Positions 12,946 through 26,849 of a stretch of DNA of 58,053 nucleotides are shown in pieces. The stretch's first letter is position 1. Each line of letters opens with the position of its first letter. The notes under the pieces are model-generated. The model ran no database searches. It was not told the DNA's origin and saw nothing but the letters and a program-made list of their open reading frames with translations. This DNA comes from Octopus bimaculoides (taxonomy: Eukaryota), in NCBI RefSeq assembly GCF_001194135.2, contig NC_068982.1, positions 23,450,964-23,509,016 on the forward strand. Direction: 5' to 3'. The translations under genes and the position numbers were made by a program.

Positions 12946-13759
12946 GTATATGTATATATGTATGCATGTGTGTATGTATGTATATAAATGAATTTATGTC
13001 GGTATGATGGCTTAAAGACCCAAGCCTTGAAGTCTCAGTTATCCTACTCCTTGAATAAGTTAGTCAAATATGAACTCGATTAAATTACGTCGATTGATCT
13101 TCTACAATTTTATTTCTCATGAGAGAAACAAATTATGTAGTCATTTGAATATTTTGCTTATCAAAATTATAAAAATATTTGACTAAACAAACATCGCATA
13201 ATTTGAATCGAGGCTTCTGTTGTTGATTTTTGAAAATAAATTATTCAATTATTGGATACAATTGCGTTCATAATAATTATTCATTTTTGATTCATACTAG
13301 TTCACAGTGAATGTTTTACATTTGTTTCTAACTATATTACATATATGTTTCGACTCAGACATTTTGTGACTTTTGGTAAATATCTAATATATCAAGTAAC
13401 AGAAATGAAATGCTTTTAAGTTGTAAAGACATAGGTAATTAAATAACTGTAACATACTTCATTATTCTCTTATAATTTGTATCCACACAATGAAAATTAA
13501 TAAGTATATTATTATTCAGTTTATTTCAAGATTTCTCGCCAATAGAGAACGAACCCGTTTCTAACCTAGATCCAGGGCTCCTGCACTGGAATTTCAGCAT
13601 GAACAACAGGTTATTTTATTTGTATGTATGTATGTATGTATGCATGTATGTATGTATGTATGTATGTATGTATATGCGGATTTGTATGTTTTATGTGTGT
13701 ATTCTCATGCATATAGCTTTCTACTAATATATCAATGCTTAGTCGTCTGCTCATATACA

Positions 13760-16400
13760 CTCATACTTTCATCTGATGATATGTTGCGGTAGAGTTGTGC
13801 GACGTTTTGGGGAATGCATTCTAGGTTATCAGACAAAGTGTATTGCTCAAGCAGCTGCCTTCCAAGTATTATGCTCTTGTCAGCCTCATGTTGGCAAATT
13901 TGGTCAAGGGATGAACTTCAACATTTGGTGGATAAAAGATAGTGCCGAAGAGATATGATGCTATATTGAAAGTCATCTTGGATCGATGTTAAGCTTCTGC
14001 CGCTTTGTTTTCATTTTAGGCAGGGGCGGTCTACGTCACTGTTTATGTGGAAATTATGTGTGCTTGTTAGTATTCTTCGGGTTTTCACATCAATGGCTCA
14101 TATTTCATCAAGTGTCCAATCATGCAGCCCATATGTTGGTATAAGTTCTGGCACTGCAAACAGACTGTGGGCCGCTGTTTTATTGAAAGCAGAGAGTTCT
14201 GAGATCAAAATTTTCTTTTATTCAGCTGAAATATTCTTTAGTGACACATGCTTTGTTACAGCTGCCGTTGTAAGATATATTTGCATCCACCCCTATGCAC
14301 CTGTAACATTTCTCGTCAGACATAGGGGAAACAGTCAAATCAATGACGAATGATGGAGATGTTACTAGTCTGGTTCATAGATGTCCCCCTTTTTACAACC
14401 ATATAATAACAGTTATCCTGACCAACGTTCAACCCTACATTCTTTGAGAATGTTGTAACTAGGTCAACGCTCTTTTTCATCTATTTCATATTCTTTTCAT
14501 AACGCTTAAGTTATCCAAAGAGAAACAGTGTGCAATTCTGGTGTTTCTTTTTCCTTGTGAACCAGTGTGATATCCTTCAGACTTCCTTAACATGAATGAG
14601 AGCAAGTATAAACAACATCAGAGGGAGGCTGTCTCCTTGGAATATGCCTTTGCGATACTGTATTCTATCGATGATAATATAGTCACAAATTGTGTTTAAA
14701 ATCAAGATGGTGGTCTACGATGAAGTTAGGTAGGCTATTGCTTTGACTATTCTCAATAGACATTTAGCAAGGTGAAGGGCTTCTAGCATCCATAAGTGGG
14801 GAATATAGTCAAAATCTTTCTTGTAATCTAGCCACGCTAAAACTAAGTTCCTCCTGTGGTCTCGCACCTCTGACATCACAGTTTTGTTGATTAACAATTG
14901 CACGGCACATGCCCAGACTCACTTCTTCCCAGCTTCTTTTTCTGTTGTGATAAAGTTATTGGCTTCACAATGGTCGTGTAGGAAGAGGTTTAAACATGCG
15001 GTCTATATCTTATACGTTAAGTTCTGGCATGCAATTGGCTGTTATTATTATTTTTCTTTTTGGCCACGTGGTTGGTTCTGCATTTGGGAATAAAATTTGT
15101 CCCTTCCAGAGTTAACCGGTGCAGTAGGCAACTGTTCTGAATGAAAGCTTACTGGTGCAGATTGATAAGATATGGTCGGAAGAATGTTAGATTCTTGTAC
15201 CATTATCCAACGATCAAATCTCTTCCAGATGCTTTTTCATCCTGGAGTTTGGGGATCACAGTTGCAAGAATTTTACCATCAATGCTGCATGTCTTTGATG
15301 TAACGCAGGAGTAATAACTTTCTCTGATTTCTTCCAGCCACAGAGCATCTTCATTAAATTCCTCCGCTGCACTCCAGATTTCCCTCCAGACGGAGTCTAT
15401 ATCTTCTCGTGAAGGAGCTTCCGTGATGTTTACTGCTCCTCGTCTTATGTCTCTATATACTGCTGCTTGGTTGCGGTAAAATTTTTTGCTTATTGTTCTC
15501 CCGGTTATTCTCTTTTGATGTCGGAGTATTTCACCCCGTGATGGTACTTTCTTTCTTATTTCGGTTTTGTTTCCTTTTTGAATATCATTCATGTACTATT
15601 TTACAGTAGTAGCCAGAGTATATAGTCAGGTGGTAATCTGCCAGCATGTGGGTTCATGACACTGTTGTAAATAATCATTCACCAATTTCGTTAATAGATT
15701 TTAATACTGTATCGGGTGGTATCTTTTTTTTACTTACTTTGGTAGAGAACACTTTCTCCTCTTTGGCGTACTTCAAAGCAAAACTATTTTTCTCGGAAAA
15801 TTTCAGTAAGGGCACATTTCACCGGCATATCACTATTACTACAATAATCGTTGCGGTTGTGCCTGCTATTTACCATAGTTGTAATAGGGGGACAATGGTC
15901 AGTTACTTGAGCGAGTAATGTAGTTTGACTGGCAGACACTATTGAATCTGTTGGTATGCCACTAGATGCAAACCAACATTGTGGTCTTATATCATTCACA
16001 TTTTCGTTTTTGTTTATACAATTGGGAAGAAGGTTAATTATCGATTTTCTAATAAATTTAGTTACTAACCTTCTTTCTATGTCCTACAGATGTTGCTTGT
16101 TGGCGCAGTTGCTTCGCAGTAAATAATCTAATTCTGGATGTAAATCGTCCCAATATCATTTCAATCGATTCATATAGCCAACAGCGGGGCTTTGTTTTGC
16201 TTTTTCGTAGCAGTTAAATAGATCATTACTCAATTCATAACTCCAAAAGCAATGAGTTTTGTAGTTGCGGTTTCTTCTATGACTACAGCTACAAAGAATT
16301 TATTTACCTGTTGAGCTGTTGCCTTCGTTCTGTTCCTCGACTGTGTTGCTGATGACGTTGTATTCAGCCATGTTGTTTGTAGTAACTCTCTGCATGCTAA
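13760..16400 (-). mobile_element. R4/Dong-clade non-LTR retrotransposon, degenerate RT region
   Basis: VWREIWS..FNEDALWL..KLQDEKASGRDLI; QLLINKTVM..RNLVLAWLDYKKDFDYIPHLW; NKTAAHSLFAVPELIPTYGLHDWTLDEI*AIDVKTRRILT..FHINSDVDR. Many stops and frameshifts; upstream boundary approximate. Confidence 0.88.
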
Positions 16401-17729
16401 ATTCAAGTTTCAGTCGAAAATCACTACGATCGTCAATAAAGGGCTCCCCCACTCAATTCATCTAAAGATTAACCAGTTATTTAAGAAGACTGACAATTGT
16501 GGCTCCAAAGTTGGAGATAGTATTCATCGTATTTTCGATAAATAGTTTCCTACGCCAAATACGCGACTTGTCGCTTCGAGTTATGTGTGTTTGCATGTAT
16601 GTATGCATGTATGTATGCATCAATATATGTCTGGATATGTAATGTTACACCAAATCGACTTGAATCAAAGAGAGATGTGATAACTCACTTTACATCGGGC
16701 ATGCAGCCATTTTTGAGGGTTAGTGTAGTCTTGACAAATTTATTTAATGTCTTCGTATTTTATAATGGTAGGGTCAATTTTGAGGAAGGTTTGTCTAATA
16801 ATTCGAACAAGTGAAATAGCAACATATAACGTTACGTCAGTGGGGATATTACAGTTTCTCAGGCATTTGTAGCTCGTGCTATTTTATTGTGGTTATATAT
16901 CTTCAGTACAACACATGCACCTCAAATGCATATGATAAATTACATTCCAGTGATAACATCCCATTATTTATTTGGATCTAGAAGTGTATTATCCAAACGT
17001 TCATATCTTTGCGATAGTGGCATCAATATTATCAGCCACTCACATGATATATTTTAAGAAGTCAATCGCCAATGTCAATAATACCTTTGTGAATTGTACT
17101 TAATTCAAAAACTTACTGGCTGCCTTCTTTCGGAAAATAAATTGTAAACATGCCTTGAAGGAAACAAATATTTGTAAAGAATAATTTAATTTACTGTATC
17201 GACTTGATTTCAGTACGTTTCGCAAATATAAACATGTCAAGACTGGTGCAGTTATGGGACTGAGGGGTCCGTCTTATGATCTAAAGTATCAGCGACTGAC
17301 AAGTAGAGTAATAAATGAGATATATAACGAAAATATAGAAAGCAATATATATATCCATACCAACAATGATAGTGCGCAGGCAAACATAATCACGTACGCA
17401 CGCATACACACACGCAAGCACACACTTCCAAACACACAAGTATATTATACAAATATATATAAATATATATACGTGTTTGTGTGTGCATATATGTGCCATA
17501 CACACATGTATATTTATATATAATCCTGTACTTATTTTCGTCACTGGAATGCGGCAATAAGGAGACACACTTTGAACGTGCTAGTTGATCAAATAAACTG
17601 AAGTATATATTCTTTAAAATCTACTAATAATTTCATAACTCTCTTTCAACGGTCACTCCCTCCTATATACAGACGCGTTCTCAGACGCACGCAAACACAC
17701 ACAGACATGCACACACATATACATAACAG

Positions 17730-17880
17730 ATACGTAAGCAACGGAAGAAGAGATATTGGCCTGTGTATTTCTGCGTCTGACCCCACTCCATTGTACTCAT
17801 TTCCCTGAGTTATGTATTTTATTACCTCATTCATATACAATATCATATCCCAGCAGAAGCAGATTCGTATATCCATAGCT
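17730..17880 (-). mobile_element. Short non-LTR RT fragment
   Basis: DAEIHRPISLLP resembles the RT motif YRPISLL; very short. Confidence 0.4.
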
Positions 17881-17904
17881 ACACACTCATAAACCCATGC
17901 ATTA

Positions 17905-17949
<45 letters not shown>

Positions 17950-18179
17950 CATATATATCTATATACATACATACACACAAAGACGCACAAACACACCCAC
18001 AAGCTCACACATATGCACCAACAGACACACACACACACGTAATGTTGGCATGTTCTATTTTTGCGTATGTGCATTGCTATATATCATGTGAAGCACATGT
18101 AAATGTGTAATGAATGAGATTGAACGAATTCTTCTAACACGGTCTGGTACTTAAAAGACATGAAAGGCCTACTGAGCTA

Positions 18180-18500
18180 AACTGCTGCAGATAATGTTTC
18201 AAGAACTCCTTGACCACGACAGCGTAATGACCCCTACACCTAAGAAGGACGAAGAGCAAATGCCAGGTCACACACAACTAGTCTCCCTGACATCGTATAT
18301 CAACAAGTTCAGGGAAGAAATTATTTATGAGAAGCTGATAACTTTCTTAGAAAATAATAAACTGCTAAGTAATAGGCAGAATGGTTTCAGTTGAAGTAGA
18401 ATCTGTCATGCGCGGCTTCTTCATCGCCATTTATTGATATGTTGGTAAAAGCAGCTCATACAATATCGAAAGTAGATATGGTATAAACTACGTGAGCATG
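18180..18500 (+). mobile_element. CR1/L2-like RT fragment
   Basis: TPTPKK...QLVSLTSYINKFREEIIYEKLITFLENNKLLSNRQNGFS matches the vtPi.KK..YRPvSLTS..K..E.II..fLe.n.ll...Q.GF pattern. Confidence 0.8.
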
Positions 18501-18529
18501 GAATCGAAATAATCCGCAAAGAGGTCAAC

Positions 18530-18750
18530 ATATCATTTTCGTCTCAATGTCACTGGCGATACAGCTCCATGATTATTGCTAAGAATCCAAACACTTCGAA
18601 ATGGCTGAATGTGTTCTTGACGTACATGGCATCTGATTGTTGTCGCCGATGTTCTTGGTTCATATTGTAGCGATATTTCCACCCAACCCCAAGAAGTAGT
18701 TTTGACTGAGGAGAACTGTGAATGAAGGTGTTTTACAATGATCATACTTC
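18530..18750 (-). mobile_element. Possible CR1/L2 APE endonuclease fragment
   Basis: Minus frames give VKTTSW, then RRQQSDAMYVKNTFSHFEV and IIMELYRQ, resembling ETW / R..GGGVA.YVKN / YRPP motifs; highly diverged. Confidence 0.4.
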
Positions 18751-19774
18751 TCTTTTCAGTTTTGAAGGACTCCATCGTCCATATTATCTTAGTTTATTTC
18801 TGCCAGGGGTGGTCGATTGTAAGTAAGGAGTATATTTAGCAGATACTTTTAGCAATTGTTACTTCCAAACACAGATACATTTTTTCGTTTATATTTTCGG
18901 TTTCATAATCGAACACCCTAAAAATCGACGAAACTATACTCCGGTTTGAGCTGCTGAGGTAACTTAATCCAATGCGTAAGACTGACCTGCAACTAGCCAC
19001 TGGCGATGCATGTATAGAAAATAATCATCATCCATTTAAAAATATGCAATTTTAAGTTGAACATTTATCATTTATTTTCTTGCTTCTGGAAAGAATTACG
19101 AGTGGAAAACAACATCAATAATTTGCTAAACAAATTACTGCATAAATATTATAATCTATACAAACAGAGTGCATTAGGAAACATTGAATATCGATTTTTA
19201 TGAGACTTATATGCACTTTTCAGGCGCCATAACAAGTTCAGAGATTCGGTTTTTCATTTTAATATTCTCAAAATGCTACCAACTCTGTTAAGTCACTAAG
19301 ATTTGCAAACACATCACCATATCTTATTTCTAGACTAAAAAATTCTGATAAACACTAATACTTAAACTATAAAATCGATCTCACTTTATTGCAGTACAAA
19401 TAAGGCAAGGCAATGATGGAGCATTTTCTGAACCGTTCAACTGTTTCAAAAGAATACTCAAAACCTTCTTTCAGTTAAGTCTAAGGTATGAAAAAAATGA
19501 AAATATAAGGACCCCTTCCCTTATAGCTGCCAGACCGGAGTTGATTCTCTGCAACTAGAAAGCAAATGAAAAACAAAAACAAAAGGAAGAAGAAGTTGTT
19601 TACATTAACACTTTTGCACTTATTGTGTGGTGCACACATACATATAAAGTAAAATCCACCGTTATTTAAGGACATAAATCATAGAAATGATCAAAATGAA
19701 TGAAGGTGAAGACATATGTATATTGAACACATGATATTTTATCTATTATTGTTTCAGTCCTAGGATTAGAGTCA

Positions 19775-20025
19775 TGCGGTCGAGGGACTTTGGGTTCGAA
19801 TCTCAGACCGGACGACGTATGTGTTTATGAACGAAACACCTAAGTTCCACGCAACTTCGGCAGAAGGTAATGGCGAACTTCTCTTTCCTTTTGCATCTAG
19901 CAACTTACCTGCGACGGAAAGCCGTCCCGTCCAAGTGGAGAACCTAAACACCAATGAAACTGGGAAACTTACATTTATGAGCCAGGCATGGCTCGAGGAG
20001 AAACAAACAACAACAGCATACATTT
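19775..20025 (+). mobile_element. tRNA-derived SINE (second family)
   Basis: B-box gggttcgaatctc, body ending gagccaggcatggctcgag and an (AAC)n tail. Confidence 0.75.
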
Positions 20026-20096
20026 TCTACTTCGCTGACTTTCCCCTATCGCGGAGGGATTTGGAATATAACGCCCGCTATAGTCAAGAGGATTAC

Positions 20097-20136
<40 letters not shown>

Positions 20137-20602
20137 NNNNNNNNNNATGAGGGTTGAAATTAATATTAATTAAAACCAGTGGCTAGCATACATAAAAATG
20201 TCCGTAGACTATGGATTATATTATATATAGATAAATAAGAGGAATAGCCACCAACGTGGATTCCTAATATGCTAGAAGACGCTGAATCGCCTTACCACGA
20301 AGAATATGTTCTCAAAAATGTTTGCAAGCGCCAGAAAATATGCGAACAAACGAATGAAAGGAAATGAAATAGAGCAATTAATTCCATATCTTAAGATTTT
20401 GCTATGAACGATCACTAAGGTGATCATCCGTAGCTCTTCAGTGAAGTCATTCCAGGTCACAGAGAGTGTAGAGAAAGAAGTTAGTAAACAGAAATTAACC
20501 ATGCTTCGATTAATTCAACCACTCTGCTGATTCTAGCCTTTTTATTCACATTCATTACTACGTTTAAAGGGCTGAACCATAAATCGCCGTGCACTAGACA
20601 TA

Positions 20603-20660
<58 letters not shown>

Positions 20661-20945
20661 NNNNNNNNNNNNNNNNNNNNNNNNNNNNNNNNNNNNNNNN
20701 NNNNNNNNNNNNNNNNNNNNNNNNNNNNNNNNNNNNNNNNNNNNNNNNNNNNNNNNNNNNNNNNNNNNNNNNNNNNNNNNNNNNNNNNNNNNNNNNNNNN
20801 NNNNNNNNNNNNNNNNNNNNNNNNNNNNNNNNNNNNNNNNNNNNNNNNNNNNNNNNNNNNNNNNNNNNNNNNNNNNNNNNNNNNNNNNNNNNNNNNNNNN
20901 NNNNNNNNNNNNNNNNNNNNNNNNNNNNNNNNNNNNNNNNNNNNN

Positions 20946-21005
<60 letters not shown>

Positions 21006-21499
21006 AATATGTATGTATATATATATTTATTAGTTGTGTGCACGTAAAATGCATCTTATAACCATGCGAAATCAAACGCAACTCTAAACTTGATCTTCCA
21101 CATTACAGTAGAACAACCATTCCGGTGGCCAGGGTCCAGGTCCCATATAGCTACAACATATACAGACTGATTGCATCGTTGTAATAACGGATTTTTGAAG
21201 AAGTGATGGCTGAGTCAGTCTTGTATTAGTAATTTCTAAACTTACAATTTTATTGAAGATGTATTTGCCAAAATCCATCGATCATGAGATGTTTTCTCTT
21301 TTTTTATTAAATATTAGTAATCTTCCATTTTTCCATACATTGCAAAACGCTTATAGAGACTTTTACATATACTCATAAACATGTTTGTGTTTGTAGCACT
21401 TACATTTTCAATTACTGCCACATACAATTATATACTTAGACATATACATGTTTGCATATATAATTTTTAATGTTAAGACACCTATTATGTTTGCAATAG

Positions 21500-23950
21500 A
21501 TTTGTGTTCGATAACCACAGCAAATATTAGTGAAACGCAATCGCCGAAACGCAATCGCTTACTTTTTTCTGTGCGACTACGGGGTTTATACCCCTTATGG
21601 TCGGTCTGGATTAAATAGCTTCGCAGTGCTTTTTCGGAAAGGCCTTGACTTGAAGGTGAATATTGCATTCCTCGACCCGGTCGGTAGGATGGTCGTCTTG
21701 GACGTAAGCACCAAAGAAGGCAACAATGGAGCTTTCAGACTAGTGGCAGTCTATGTCCGAACAGGAGTTGGACCGTGACCATTCCTTTAGACGTCTAGAG
21801 ATTTCCTTGGGATATGTCGCTCATTAGTGGACGACTGGAATTGTATTTTAGACATAATCAAGGACTATGTAGGAGCAGCGGATAAGAAGAGGGTCGGCTG
21901 CAAAAGCCTTGCTAACTTCCTCAGGGATTTCCAACTGTATGAAAGGCTACGATTCGATCACACAAATGTACCAGTGTGGACGTGGTCAAATCGCCGTGGG
22001 TCATTCAGATAGGGTTTTTATTATGCCAGCAGGCAGGTAGAATATAAATTGCTCGCATTTTCAGATCGCTGGTTATTCAGATAATAAACGCAAGACTTTT
22101 ACAGTCAGATAATGAACTCAGTACCTTTACAACTTAGGAAAAAGAATCAGACTACGATCTGGTTACTGGAAGATAAACGCGTCCCTCCCGACGCTAAAAG
22201 CTTTTAGGGATTAGTTGTTTACTTAAACAGGAATCGACGTGAACCATCATCAGTGAAGGTTGTGGGTCTCCTTAAAAAGTAAAGTCAGAGAGGTGTCAGT
22301 TAGTTTTAGCACAGAGATTGTTTTAGAAAACAAGAGAACAGAAAAAAAATAACTAGTTAGTATCTTAGAAGAGGCACATAAAAGTGGCATTGTAAATGAC
22401 GATATTGGCGAGAATGGCACTAGACCATTTCTTCGATTTAAAAGATGAAGGCTGTATTTCTGAGCTAAGGTGCGTGCCATGAAACATGAAGACTTAAAAG
22501 CCGTTGGTTGGTCACGGGTAGTGGAGGCCCAGCATCGAAGAAAAATCTAGGATTCGTCCTATGACGGACAGCAGTGGTCATGTGCATACCGATTCCAAAC
22601 AGATGAGCACACTGTTTCAGTAGCATTTCGCCGACCTCTTTTTGAGGAGTGGCATTCTTGTCACAACGAGCTTTGAGGCTTATCTCGTGGGTACGCTGCG
22701 CTTGTAGGATAAGAATATCGAGAGCTGCGAGAAGCCGATTGCAGTGGAGGAAGATATACTGGGGCGCAAGACACCAAGATTAGATGGTCTCCCCTATGAA
22801 GTATATGCCCACATGTCCCACTAATTTGCGTCAGTTTTAGCATATGTCTACTGCCCCTGGCAACAGACAGGACGCATTCCTAGTCGTTTGAGCTGGAGAG
22901 TGGTGACATTGATGTGAAAAGATCTAAACAAGCAGGATGTGATTGAAAACTTCAGGCCCTTAATTCTACTCAACGTTGAGTCAAATATTTTAGCTAGGGT
23001 ACTCGCCAAGAAGCTGCCGCTTGTTATCGGTAGTATAGTCGAGGATGACCAAACCTGTACGATTCCCGGTAGATCTATCCACTACAATCTCCACCTCATG
23101 CGATACACTGTAGAACGGGCAGGCAATAGATCGGGCTTTGGAGGGGCTCTGACCAAGTTAGACGAGTCCAAAACATTTGACAGGGTGGACCATCACTATT
23201 TGGTGTCTATCCTAGTACCTGTCCGTTTCCGTCCTGTCTTCAGATGGTGCATCACCACAATATACAGTGGAATCTTCTCGGTTGTCAAACTGAATGGCTA
23301 CCTCTCGGAAGGAATATCAGGAATGCACAGAAGCACTCATTAGGCAGTAGGTCTACAACTAGGCTATTGGAGAGGCAAGTCAACTAGCAGCGATTTCTGT
23401 CGCTGGACAGAGAATCCGGTGAAGATCCTCGGAGTCTGGTTCGGACCAGATCTCTAGGTAGATGGGAAGTGGAAAGAGGTCATGACTAATGTGGCCAAAC
23501 CCACCCAGAGATGGGCAGAAAGGAAGCTATCCTTGAAAGGCAGGGCAGAAGTAACGAATGCACATAAAGCCTCAGAAGTGTACTACCGGCTAGCCGTCGT
23601 ACCTTGTCCTGAGAAAACTCAGACCAGATTGGAGCGTTAGCTTTTCCAATTCTTATGGAAGCCTCAGGTTTCACTGGTCACAAAACCCATCTGCTGTCAA
23701 CACCCACAACATGGTGGTCTTGGGATGCTATTCTTAATGATGCGGTGCTATGATTTGAGGCAGTCGCACCTACAGAAATACCTAAACCACTGCGATGATG
23801 TGGACGACGACGTCGAAAATAAGGGAAAACTAGTGTGAAAGTTTTTAGTGCGACACGTCTTTCCGTAGCTCATCTCCTTGACAGAGCTGCAGTCATGGGT
23901 CAAACGTTTGGTATCTAGAATGTTGCCAGGCACTCACTACAATATACCAG
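21500..23950 (+). mobile_element. Tx1/L1-clade non-LTR retrotransposon, degenerate ORF2 (APE + RT)
   Basis: AVLFRKG..DPVGRMVVLDV..FRLVAVY; DDWNCIL..WTWSN; ENFRPLILLNVESNILARVLAKKL..DQTCTIPGRSIHYNLHLMR..LDESKTFDRVDHHYL. Multiple stops and frameshifts. Confidence 0.92.
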
Positions 23951-26539
23951 CTGCTACAATATACTAGCTGGAATACAATATACTAGCGGGAAAAATCCAA
24001 AAATAGCACGTCTGTGGTTGTGTTTGATCATATAGGTTTTCAAAGTGGCGTTATATTATAAGGTGAACAAAGTTTGTATACTGTTAATGAAGTATTCACA
24101 ATATAATGAGGCTAGCAGTTCTGTTCCATTCATCTTAAGTGTAAAAAGATAACACAATTTAATTTATTGCCCTAAATCTTGAAATTTCACACCCTAACGT
24201 GTCACTCAAATCATAAGATGCGACAGCAAAATCATTTTTTATATATTGCCTATCATCATACAAACACGAAGTAGAAATTGAATAATGAATACGTGTGGCG
24301 GTAAGGTGGATTTTGTTTCTAGATCTAAGCGATCAAGGCGAACATGATGTAAATCACGTCAACAGGAAAAAGGAAAAATATAGCAATGCACATTTCCAAA
24401 TAGGAAAAAGAAAAAAAAAAATGGAAAAAAAGTAAACATTATTTTCGATGTCCTTTAATATTATTTTATTTATTGATATATATTTTTTTTAAAAAGATCA
24501 ATTTCTACTTTACTATAATGTTTGAAATGTGGTCATGCGATTTAAAAAGCGAAAATAATATTAATTCATCTAGCACATGACCTATTGCAAAGAGCTGCCT
24601 GACGTACAAGTAATTTACTAAAAAATGAAATTTCCAAAGGAATTTAAAAAATAGTATAGTAGTAAAAATTATAAAAATATTTTTTATATTTTTTGCTGAG
24701 TAATCATTGGTAAAAGCAATATGGGAATAATATAATTTTGAACTTCCTAGCGTCAGTAAATTCTAAATAGCAGAATGGACACAAAATCAATCAATGATTG
24801 AATGAAACAAACAGGACAAAAAACAGTGGCATCTAAATGTTTGTTGTTTATATGTGACACAGTGACGCTGGTAGCATGGGTCACGTTAATGTTATAGTGG
24901 ATGACAGTATGAGTGGACAAAGCACTGAAGAGATGATGGAATTATACATGACTGGGTTCTAAAAATACATTGTAGATTGATAAAAAACACAAGTTGTTTT
25001 AATGACGATTTATTAGGAACATTAGGTGTGCCCTAACAGTGTGCTGGTCCTAACAGTCTGCTTTTCTGAGAGACCGCGATGTTGAAGAGACTAGATTGCC
25101 AAAACGGCATATGTTGCTGAATTGAAATCATTTAACAAAACTATTATTCTCCACAAAGAAATGGGGAAAAACCCAGAGAACACACAATTTAGCAAAGTAT
25201 TGAATGGGAGATTATATTCAGGTAAACAGTGCACCCTCTCTCAGTGCTGTAATATACCTATTTCAGTAAATCATCTCTTTCACTTCTACAAATTACAACA
25301 AAGAAGAAGTAACAACGTCATGGAGATCGAATTTGGTCAAAATACTCGTCACGTTATTGGTAAGTGTTCACAAAATATTAGTCGAAGATACACAAGCTGA
25401 TGTACTCAAGTGAAGTCTAAACATAACTTACATCAACAGCAATGTATTGAAGCTTGATCTGGCTTCAGTGGTGATCTTGGATTATTTTAAAGCGTCCAAA
25501 AGGATCGGTCAAATATACTTTGTACCTGTCCTTAGCGTAAGTTTTTTGGGTCATCTTTTCAGAGCCTTCATTGCTACTATGTATTACACCATCATTTCGC
25601 TGGTGAAATTGTGCATAATGCCCGACAAGAATATGCTCTCGAAGACACATTCTCCACTAGCTCTCGTTTTATCTCACCTTCTCTCGCACTTCGGCATTTA
25701 TTCAAGCATTTTGGTATGGGATTCAATAGAGTTTCTATCGAGAAAACTTCGGTTTAAAAAAGACACACGCCTCTTCCCAAAAAGAATCAGATTTCAGCTC
25801 CTGTAGTGTTAAGCTAATTGTTTTAGGATATGTTGTAATGGAAAATTCGCTTATTTTCAGTTTCAAAGAAAAGACAGAAGTATAGTCAGTGATTGGTTCA
25901 GAGTACACCCGGGAATATCCTACAAATGGAACTGGAGAGACGGCAAAATATCACCATACAGACTTAGGTACAGACAGAACAATAAATAGGAGGCAATTTC
26001 CTCGATTACATCATTATATTGCAAATGGAATCATATCAGTGCGACTAATTAAATCGACCGACGATACATGTACATGTACACACTCTGTAATATATACGTA
26101 TAGAAATACACGTAGAGAACTCACACTCATACGCAAAAATGTTCATATTCGATGACTAAATAAACACATTAATAGATACATTGATAAACACACTGAGATA
26201 CACATACATATATACAAGTACATACGTATATAACTGCTCATACGTATGTGAGAATTTGAGTGCTTAGGAGTAAATATATAGTGAGACATCGATTGAAGGA
26301 CACTTACAGTCAACGATGTGCTTGTAAAGTATAGTTGACATATGAAGCACAAAACAGGAATATGTTAGAGGGGTTTGGGTGATAGAATTCGAAAGAAGCT
26401 CATCGTACATATCTGTATGTACGTATGTATGTATGTATTATGTGAGTGTATGTATGCGTGTGTGCGTGTGGGGGGTGTTTGTGTGAGTGGATGTGTTTGT
26501 GTATCTCTAGATTTCTCCTTGACACTATTTGACAACCTG

Positions 26540-26720
26540 TGCCGGTGTATGTACGCCTCCGTAACTTAGAGGTAAAAAATACAATAAATTGTTGGCTAAA
26601 TGAGTAAAAAAGAAAAAAAGAAAAAAAAAAGGAACAAGTATTGGGGTTGATTTGTTCGACTGAAATTCTTCAAGGTGCTTCTAATGACTGAAACATGTAA
26701 AACAATAAAAGAATAAAAAG
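26540..26720 (+). mobile_element. 3' part of the SINE family seen at 39737-40157
   Basis: gtaacttag..ggggttgatttgttcgact..aatgactgaaaca tail matches the 3' end of the full copy. Confidence 0.6.
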
Positions 26721-26849
26721 CTAGTCTGCTTGTGTGTGCGTGTGTTTGTACACACACATATCTATATATACATACAGATGCACACACATGCTCTCCCACA
26801 CATATATACATATTTATATATGAATATGCCATCATATATATATGTAACC

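Noticed and set aside
25090-25220. KSFNKTIILHKEM..TQFSKVLNGR as a PIF1/Helitron helicase fragment
   Set aside because: Only a weak resemblance to one motif, with no other helicase motifs nearby.
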